From the NCBI GenBank assembly GCA_002811645.1, contig PDIP01000009.1:68214-132213 (forward strand): a DNA stretch of 64,000 nucleotides, read 5' to 3'. Positions 57,601 to 64,000 of this stretch are shown one piece after another. This DNA is from Corallochytrium limacisporum Hawaii (Eukaryota; Protista; Pluriformea). The notes under the pieces were generated by a model. The model saw only the letters and a program-made list of their open reading frames with translations, was not told the origin of the DNA and ran no database searches. Position numbers and translations under genes: made by a program. Numbering within the stretch: position 1 is the first letter of the stretch; the number at the start of each line of letters is the position of its first letter.

Positions 57601-60600
57601 TGCGGAAAACGCATATGCATTAATTTTACGCCTTCTGCAGGACCTCTACCGTTACATTGATCTCATCAGTAGGGAAGACGAAGACAAGGACCAGGGTAGG
57701 CTTGATCCCTATATGGACTCAGTAAGTGTCCTGAAGGAGCTGGTGCCTTCAGAGCTGAATGAATTGGTCGAGGCTCTTCAGAAGTCTGTACAACAATCCG
57801 GACAGCGTACTGCAACGGGTCTGGATTTTTTCGCGATGACTAGGGACGAGGATGAAGCGGATATGAAAGATTTGCTCTCTGGCCGTATCCACAGACAGTC
57901 GACACGTAGGGGTGATGACGAAAACGCGCCAAAAGTGGATCTAGGCACCGGAGAGTTCTCTAGGGAAGATGCGAAGAGATTGCGCGAGCTGTTAACAACT
58001 GTGAATCTTCCGTACTTGTCATCGCAGCAACAGCTGCAGGTCCGAAGTCTTCTAGACATCATATTGAGCGAAGAGAACAGATTTGCTGGAGTGGATCAAT
58101 TTGGTATTCGATATTGGATTCATGTATCGCAAGGATTGTTGATGAGCCGTACTGTCAGGCAAGGAGCTCGACTGAGGCACTTCCTGGAATCACAGGACTA
58201 TTGCTGGGCCGCTATCAGTGAGACCCAAGACACGCTCATCAAACTGATTGGCCGCGAATTCGAGCGCGATAGTAGTATTGACTTTCTTAACAGCCTCGGT
58301 GTAGCTTACTGGGTCCGTGACGACCGTGTGTTGACAAATTTGGCAGAGTCTCTGGCGCGGAGACGCTTCACGAAGAACAAGGACCCTCTTGATGCTGCGC
58401 CGTTTTACATTGCGATGAAGCGAGTGTCTGTGCTGAGGGCGCTCTTCCATACGGTCAAAGACAAGCGTATGGAAGCTTTCTTCGCAAACGACTTCGCGGC
58501 TGATCGGTGGAGAGAAGCAGCCCTGAAGAATGCATATGCTCTGATGGGAAAACATCGCTTCCTTACTGCTGCGGCTTTCTTCCTACTCGGTGGGTCTTTG
58601 ATGGATTGCGTGAAGATTTGCCTCAACAAGCTGAAGAGCTATCACCTGGCCATGTTGTTCTGCCGGTTGTATGAAGGTTCCGGTGGTCCTACGTATATGA
58701 AATTGGTTGACCAGGACGCACGCACTCACTTTGAACACGAGCAAGACTACTGGATGTTGGCTCTGCATCAGTATATGATTGGGGATACAAAGGCTGCGCT
58801 GAACCAGCTAAGTCAGAGTGTGAATGCATCAAAGGGTTCTGAGATGAGGAAAGGATCCGAATTTCTTCACCGTCAAAGATCTCATATGGGTATGTTCGCC
58901 TTCTACAATGCGCTCTATACAAGATACAGGCTGCAACCTGGCGTCACGTTCAATCTCGATGAGGTGGCTCAACGTCGACGCCTCGGATTCCTGTGCGCAA
59001 ATCTTTACCTGCAGAACGGCATGCAATTAATGTGCATCCACACAATTACGACCATGAAACGACTGGAGGAAGCCGAAGCTGTTGACATGCAGGATTTAAG
59101 CAAGAAACCTCAGGCAGAGGCTGTAGTACTGGACCCCTTTCAACAGACTATGGGTGCTGCTGCGCCGTCAGCTCTAGACACTGGCATGGTTGACTTCGAT
59201 GCGTTCGGATTCGATGACGATGGGTGGGAAGACGATGGAGATGCTGCTGCAACTGCTCAGGAGGAGGATTTCACACTGGAAACGCAGAGTGTTGCAGAGA
59301 AGCAGGTTGATAGAGTTTCTGATGAAGATGACAACCAGTTGGCAACCGCAAGAGATACGTATTTTGCAGACAGGATAACAGCTTATGCGGCATACCAGCT
59401 GCTCATTGACAACTGGATCAAAGGTCGTCTTGCCTCAGATTGGAGCAAATTTGGCGCCCAAGTGATACGTGACAAAGATGCGTTTGAGAAGACGTATGAC
59501 CTCAAGCTGGAGCGCTTCATGGAATTGGCTCTGTACTACTCAGGTCGCCTTGAGCGCAGGGGTCATGAAATGGCTCTCTGCATCGCCTCCAAGACTGAGA
59601 ACTCCATCCCAAATGCCCTGCAAGTCGTCCGCTTGCTGGTTGAAAACGTTCAACGGTACTTTGACAACCTCGCTGCAATCAACGAGATCAAGAAATCGTC
59701 TGATGCGGAGGTTCAGAAAGAAGGTCTTGCGGTGAATCAGATCTGCTGGCAACTTAGCAGGTTCATGTGCCAATTGAGAGATGCCGTGAGCGCAGAGGAA
59801 TTCAAGGCCAATGTGTCAGTGAACTTTTTGAGCGAGGTCTATCTGACTGTCTATCTTGGATTTGTCATCGTAGCGTACAAGACTTTGAACCGATCGAGGC
59901 TGTTGGGCCTACTTAAGTGGCGGGCTCGTGGAGATCTCATTGAGGTAACATTTCGGGATGGAAATGTTGATATCGCTGCAAACATCCATGCCGACATTGG
60001 AACCGGGAATGGGGATTACTCCGGTTATGAATCAGAGAGTGAGAATGGAGAGGATGCCAACGGTACCGATGCAGATAGTCTTGGGTCAGACAGTTCTGAC
60101 GAGATGTTGATGCTTGGAGGTGCGGACCGCTCGGAGGCAGCGATTCTAGACCGCATCCTGGGAAAGACTGCTGCCGAATTGCAGGTTGAGACTACGACTG
60201 GTGACGCCCAGACACCACAAGCGAACGGAGCCAATAGCACTATCACACCAGAGCCCTCAAGCGCGGCGGAAACCAAGGCCCAGAAACAAAAGGATTTCAA
60301 GAGTGTGCGTTCATTTGCCAACAAGGTGCTCCATGTGATGGTTGCGCAGTATGTGACGAATTGGCTTGAAACTTTCATGCTGAACCAAAACATGAATTTC
60401 CAGGACGATGGGGATGTGAGCACTAGCCTTATTGATGTCATTTACAATATGGAGTTTTGGCTGAGTACCTGTGACGGGCAGGCTGCGGCTGCTATCCCGG
60501 AATGCAGTTTGGAAAAGTACGATTTCAGATACTCTTCGTCGGCTATCGCAGGTCCCACTTTTGGCGAGCAGAAGACGCCAGTGTGGAGTAGACGCTCTGT

Positions 60601-61906
60601 TGGACTCCTTTTCAATTGGCTGCAGAGACAGGAGAGCGTGGAGGAGGTCATTAATCGGTACATCATTCAGCTCAAGCCCAACAAAAAGCCGCTGACTTTG
60701 GTTTTGTACCGGCAGCCAGAGCTTACTGGAGCCATGGCCGTTAGTAGCCTGGATGCTCGCCGCATTGTGGTTACCACAGTGAAGGGCCTTGAAGAAGTTG
60801 ACATTTCAGGCGGCAAGTCCCTTGAGTCTGCAATGATGACTATCCATGAACCGAGGTATGAAGGGGCTGAGAGCGGCGCAAGAATGCTCAAGAATCTCAG
60901 TGAAATGCCTCACGGCAGTAGTGGAAAGAGCACATTTGCAGGCGGCAAGAAGCGCTTCAGCGGAAGAGCCCTTCGGATCAAGACTGTGGCTTCCATTGAC
61001 CGCTTCGAGCGACTGGTGCATCGTGGTAGCTCTCAGGACTTGCAGTCCGTGAAGGACCCGGCCAAAGTGACGCAGGTTCACAAGGGTGCGAATTTCTCCG
61101 CCGTGGCGGGACACCCGAACCTACCTCTCTATATCTCAGGGTCAACCGACTCCTCCATTGCTCTGTGGCAATGGGATGTTCCCCACCAACTCTATCAGTA
61201 CCAGGCCCCGCAGAAGAATGGTTGTCGAATTGCGAACGTTCGCTTCGACCGCTTCGGTACCAAATTCGGCACCGCCGACGTGAATGGAAGAATCGACTCG
61301 TGGGTCTTTGACCAAACTGAAGTCAGAAATGATATGCGGTACTTGGTGACTGAGTACGATCGAACCTCTGGGGATCTTTTGTACTTAAATTCATCGACAG
61401 TCATTGCAACGACTGGTCATCGTGCGAATGGAAGGAATGTTAGCGTTCATGATTCACTGTTGCCACCCGGAAAGAATATGATCAGCCAATTTCAGGTAAT
61501 TGAAGGAGGTGGTCAGGTCTTATCTTTCATGCCAAAAGCACAAGCACTTGTTGCTGCTGGTAAAAAGGGACAAATTTGTTTGTTAGATGTTAGACAAAGA
61601 AGACCTCTGTCATCCATTTCACTTTCTGGCGGCCATTCAGTGAAATCCTTATCGGTAGATATGACAGAGAGTGTCATTGCTGCTGGTATGAGTGACGGAT
61701 CCATCAAATTATGTTCTGCGAATAATTTGAAGGAATTGCGAACGTTTGATAAGTTCCACGCCAAACATTTCCTCCGTACAGCATTTGATTCTGGTGTTAC
61801 CGAGTTGCATTTCCAACAAGATACCCTTATCTCAGTGGGAAGCGATGGACTCGTCAATTTGCTAAATTGGAAAGATGCAATTTCTAACTTACTATTCAAT
61901 TCATGA
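54641..61906 (+). CDS. DMXL: DmX-like / Rabconnectin-3 alpha / Rav1 (RAVE V-ATPase assembly factor)
   Basis: N-terminal MRLQQTVPSAV (compare DMXL M.LHQVLTGAV), WD40 repeats (SPDGRLFATVG.YDRHVKVW), Rav1p_C motif FFANDF..RWREAALKNAYALMGKHRF..AAAFFLLG, and a C-terminal WD40 propeller (HPNLPLYISGS..G; DSLLP). Confidence 0.95.
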   Translation: MRLQQTVPSAVAVSPQETVRQAGEFGSANVIDGASLEGFPHIAFVTCAGSVVIQREDFVFVQRLSAKELGIHVPNCVRWNKLTGELAVGTGPMLLIFEPRLSSVPARFACSMRVRSSRGPTDDERYEVSPYAVNGNVTWVLTSSVACDSDVQSCDWSPVSGNSLILSTNTELQRLRRHVSGPGRAQRFTVLASMKLPNPAKLVRVSPDGRLFATVGSYDRHVKVWFRPEMRSDLRLGDETGRPRHLESDYMFIYVTHARAVNSFSWRTPRAVLQQSGRQDGDLPSEYPTNVLLTSSIDGYHRLWCESSPIESVNFYLGLILAPASAEESYGSEDGTHAAAFWIDNVAVRHCLNPSSFEPSLDPVKTPGDELENGVRHKTHNPLRQSIGFQTEPTYNGGEKVLRMSSASSTTSMQSYHGHHVPLVDRRSRLQINVVDEEQTIVQSLVHMDGIGTNIVTSGGIMRLNVDFLAVFCTNNTVKVYQIEGLADAPRRMIRKSLLSCEEMLSNGKAYKFAPMVRIYAENSHVHGDHGYGVNKELYVLAVGNDQDLLKYHLGISVKPRFQISKFEFRARLRGHSDTIRQLRLHPSKPLFASISQDELMVWKTFRVPSMAKRKQVIEEVDRWKDSLSIRCCSWSVVSNHILVATEETAYFASVTDSAIEIMKEVPEFAGARAIICIRCIFDSRRGYFVGVFEDRTQVVGMIVRQDEHDVEKVSLEKPAASTLPDLSDPPLCIDGGDIPGLGFNIFLGTKQGQVRQYAWDEDYSMWMLMDVLDDELVRGMEVSRISVAHSNLIAVSYGSSKSSKSEVYIWEAMSSGGEFGVQQRINLDGRVTWLEWTGIGDGSVILGICCNNIVQLFYSSSSGDVISTVHQEWDCLYTIDCREKFETSEHLLICWTHDGSIAVCDHSLVEIYTKWLPSHYYEIDDKQIAMENEDVVEDVEEEDVSSVDFEAQLKADAGMLPSIFDLKRYHSHRIPFYHPTVLSSAIAENAYALILRLLQDLYRYIDLISREDEDKDQGRLDPYMDSVSVLKELVPSELNELVEALQKSVQQSGQRTATGLDFFAMTRDEDEADMKDLLSGRIHRQSTRRGDDENAPKVDLGTGEFSREDAKRLRELLTTVNLPYLSSQQQLQVRSLLDIILSEENRFAGVDQFGIRYWIHVSQGLLMSRTVRQGARLRHFLESQDYCWAAISETQDTLIKLIGREFERDSSIDFLNSLGVAYWVRDDRVLTNLAESLARRRFTKNKDPLDAAPFYIAMKRVSVLRALFHTVKDKRMEAFFANDFAADRWREAALKNAYALMGKHRFLTAAAFFLLGGSLMDCVKICLNKLKSYHLAMLFCRLYEGSGGPTYMKLVDQDARTHFEHEQDYWMLALHQYMIGDTKAALNQLSQSVNASKGSEMRKGSEFLHRQRSHMGMFAFYNALYTRYRLQPGVTFNLDEVAQRRRLGFLCANLYLQNGMQLMCIHTITTMKRLEEAEAVDMQDLSKKPQAEAVVLDPFQQTMGAAAPSALDTGMVDFDAFGFDDDGWEDDGDAAATAQEEDFTLETQSVAEKQVDRVSDEDDNQLATARDTYFADRITAYAAYQLLIDNWIKGRLASDWSKFGAQVIRDKDAFEKTYDLKLERFMELALYYSGRLERRGHEMALCIASKTENSIPNALQVVRLLVENVQRYFDNLAAINEIKKSSDAEVQKEGLAVNQICWQLSRFMCQLRDAVSAEEFKANVSVNFLSEVYLTVYLGFVIVAYKTLNRSRLLGLLKWRARGDLIEVTFRDGNVDIAANIHADIGTGNGDYSGYESESENGEDANGTDADSLGSDSSDEMLMLGGADRSEAAILDRILGKTAAELQVETTTGDAQTPQANGANSTITPEPSSAAETKAQKQKDFKSVRSFANKVLHVMVAQYVTNWLETFMLNQNMNFQDDGDVSTSLIDVIYNMEFWLSTCDGQAAAAIPECSLEKYDFRYSSSAIAGPTFGEQKTPVWSRRSVGLLFNWLQRQESVEEVINRYIIQLKPNKKPLTLVLYRQPELTGAMAVSSLDARRIVVTTVKGLEEVDISGGKSLESAMMTIHEPRYEGAESGARMLKNLSEMPHGSSGKSTFAGGKKRFSGRALRIKTVASIDRFERLVHRGSSQDLQSVKDPAKVTQVHKGANFSAVAGHPNLPLYISGSTDSSIALWQWDVPHQLYQYQAPQKNGCRIANVRFDRFGTKFGTADVNGRIDSWVFDQTEVRNDMRYLVTEYDRTSGDLLYLNSSTVIATTGHRANGRNVSVHDSLLPPGKNMISQFQVIEGGGQVLSFMPKAQALVAAGKKGQICLLDVRQRRPLSSISLSGGHSVKSLSVDMTESVIAAGMSDGSIKLCSANNLKELRTFDKFHAKHFLRTAFDSGVTELHFQQDTLISVGSDGLVNLLNWKDAISNLLFNS

Positions 61907-62353
61907 GTTTCGTAGGATTTAGAATTCAATAGACATGTACTATATGATATAGTGAATGAGATGCGGTATATGGTAACATATACATGCACACGCAGAGTGA
62001 ATTTGACAACTGATTCGCATCATAAGAGAGCGTTGTTCGTTAGTGTTCAAATGAAACTGGTACTTTCATCAATGCAATTTTCTTTCCACGATGTGTCTGT
62101 GCAATACGAACACTTAGTACGCAAATGATGAGATCTCCCAGTGCTCAACCCTCCTAAACAAGAGTTGCCAAGACCCCTTCCGCGATTGCATTTTGCATTC
62201 GATTGGTCCAGGAGCCTTATTGCAAGAGGTGATTTTTCAATTCAGCTATTTAAGGGACACCAACAACCTCTTCCTTGCCCGTATGGAACAACTCTTTGTG
62301 GTCTGGGGTTTCCGTCACTTTTTATGTTTTTTTGGCTTTGCTAAGCGCCAGCC

Positions 62354-63817
62354 ATGCTCAGTACCCTGTATTGGCTGCTGTTGGTTCTGTTGGACTGCCT
62401 CCAACTGTATACGCGGGCAGCGTTTGCCGTTTTGGCACGACGGTTCTATGTATACTCAGCACCTTCAGGCCATGTCACGCACTTGAGCAGACCACCGTTG
62501 GCCTTCATCTGCCGGGATCGTAACTATATGACTCAAGTGATTCAGAACAAGAACAGCAACAAAGGCTTATTGGTTACACGAGTTGTCCATGGGGATCTAG
62601 AGGATAATCGTGGTCTGGTCTCCGCAATCAATCAGCTCAAACTGGAAACCCACACGGGTGATACCATCAATGTCATCGTCAAGAGTCACAGTGAAGGCCT
62701 AGAGAGTTCATACCGGGCGCTGACCATCGGGCAGTGGCGAGAGGCCCACTTTCTCAGGCACCTGATGGACCACAAACAAGATGAAACGTCCCATAACATT
62801 GTCGAGGCAACGCAGGAGACCAGTCTCAGGGCCCTAGTCAGTCCATTCAAATTGTACACCCCACGTATTTTCTTTGCCGGTGCCCAATCGTTTACTGGCG
62901 ACTACGTTATTATTAGTGAATTGGTTGAACCACGCGTAGGCATGAATCTATGCTTGGGCAACCAAATCTGGGGATTGCCGGACGGTTTCCGCAATCCTTT
63001 CTCTCTTGGTAACCGTGGGGCGTGTGTGGCCATGGGTGCTCTCTGTGGAAAAATGCATAGGCCGTTCTTGAATGATCCCCGCCTGGCAGAGGATCGGCCC
63101 GAACTGCGGTTCCTACGCGCGCATCAGTGGTATCTCGGTGCCAACCGGTTGCGCTGGGAGTCCGCAGCCTTTGCCATCCGTCGTGCGTGGCTTCGCTGCA
63201 AACACCAGATGGGAACCGATGGTGTGCAATGGAATTCTGAGCTTACTTTGCTTCTCGATGCGGTAATGCGAGACAGCTCATGGGAGGCATTGCAGCGTTT
63301 GATCAACCATCGGGACCGCGATGCCAGTGATCGCTCGTTTGACTTTGTTCTAAGCCACGGTGACTTCCACGGATCCAATTGCATCCTGCGCTACGATTCC
63401 GGCCATGCAAAACCGATTTCCCAGCCAGGACAGGCTCGCTTGATCATGGCTGACTGGAGCGAGATCGGGTTGGCCCACCCGAGCTACGATCTTGCCCAGT
63501 TTTTGATCTCGGATGTCACACCACAGCTGCGCAGACAGGTGCTTGATGATGTGGCGCAAGCTTACGCCAATGAGTTACAGAGCGAGCTCTGGACTGCGGA
63601 CACTGTTAAAGAACAGCTGGCAGAGCGTGGTGTCGAGCGCTGGCTGGCTTTGATTCCCTTCCTCATGAGTTTCACCAACATTCCTGTGGAACTGCGTCAG
63701 TATTTCCATGATCAGGTGCACTCATTCTGTTCGGATCTTGGTGTGTACAGTGGGCGATACGGCCCCTACTTGCTGACCTCGATTCCCTCACTTCCGCCCT
63801 TCCTTACGTCCCTGTAA
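62354..63817 (+). CDS. APH/choline/ecdysteroid-kinase-like (EcKL) small-molecule phosphotransferase
   Basis: Brenner-type motif LSHGDFHGSN, ADWSEIGL.HPSYDLAQFL, N-lobe IVK..REAHF; hydrophobic N-terminus. Confidence 0.8.
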   Translation: MLSTLYWLLLVLLDCLQLYTRAAFAVLARRFYVYSAPSGHVTHLSRPPLAFICRDRNYMTQVIQNKNSNKGLLVTRVVHGDLEDNRGLVSAINQLKLETHTGDTINVIVKSHSEGLESSYRALTIGQWREAHFLRHLMDHKQDETSHNIVEATQETSLRALVSPFKLYTPRIFFAGAQSFTGDYVIISELVEPRVGMNLCLGNQIWGLPDGFRNPFSLGNRGACVAMGALCGKMHRPFLNDPRLAEDRPELRFLRAHQWYLGANRLRWESAAFAIRRAWLRCKHQMGTDGVQWNSELTLLLDAVMRDSSWEALQRLINHRDRDASDRSFDFVLSHGDFHGSNCILRYDSGHAKPISQPGQARLIMADWSEIGLAHPSYDLAQFLISDVTPQLRRQVLDDVAQAYANELQSELWTADTVKEQLAERGVERWLALIPFLMSFTNIPVELRQYFHDQVHSFCSDLGVYSGRYGPYLLTSIPSLPPFLTSL

Positions 63818-64000
63818 AGAAAAGAAATTCTATCGCAGGTTTGCGCTCTGAGTGACTCCGCAGGGATTTGGATTGGAACAAGGCTCTTGTGGGACGACGG
63901 TGAATGTAAGCAGTACAACAGCACTACTATCCTCTGAGTTGAATGTATACTCCGTATCCAACCAAAATTTTCGTTCGAAAATATATACCGGATCGTGATT

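Overview
Eukaryotic nuclear DNA carrying 14 apparently intron-free protein-coding genes (about 34.5 kb of CDS). In order: a BLTP1/KIAA1109/Csf1-type lipid-transfer gene (minus strand, starts at 6466 and runs off the left edge, so it is absent from the ORF track), sestrin, GPN3, a PHF12-like PHD-PHD-FHA protein, mitochondrial PNPase, DRG1, an SLC38/AVT-type amino-acid transporter, BolA2, a MARK/PAR-1 kinase, a plant-RWA-like Cas1p O-acetylation protein, a 1503-aa LRR/coiled-coil/pseudokinase/HECT-like protein, an MFSD6-like transporter, DMXL/Rav1 and an EcKinase/APH-like phosphotransferase. The gene content and absence of introns suggest an intron-poor unicellular relative of animals (inference only). 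No rRNA, tRNA, CRISPR array or recognisable transposon was found. Most interesting: (1) a gene-free block of about 5 kb (26.9-32.2 kb) built from consecutive 300-550 nt nested imperfect hairpins, a candidate long structured ncRNA or small-RNA precursor array; (2) the LRR protein, whose kinase and HECT domains both look catalytically dead; (3) a deletion-riddled chimeric ghost copy at 43.8-44.4 kb joining an inverted piece of the RWA-like gene to the 3' end of the LRR gene, able to form a stem of about 230 bp or act antisense to both genes. All stems and alignments were read by eye; no folding or database search was run.
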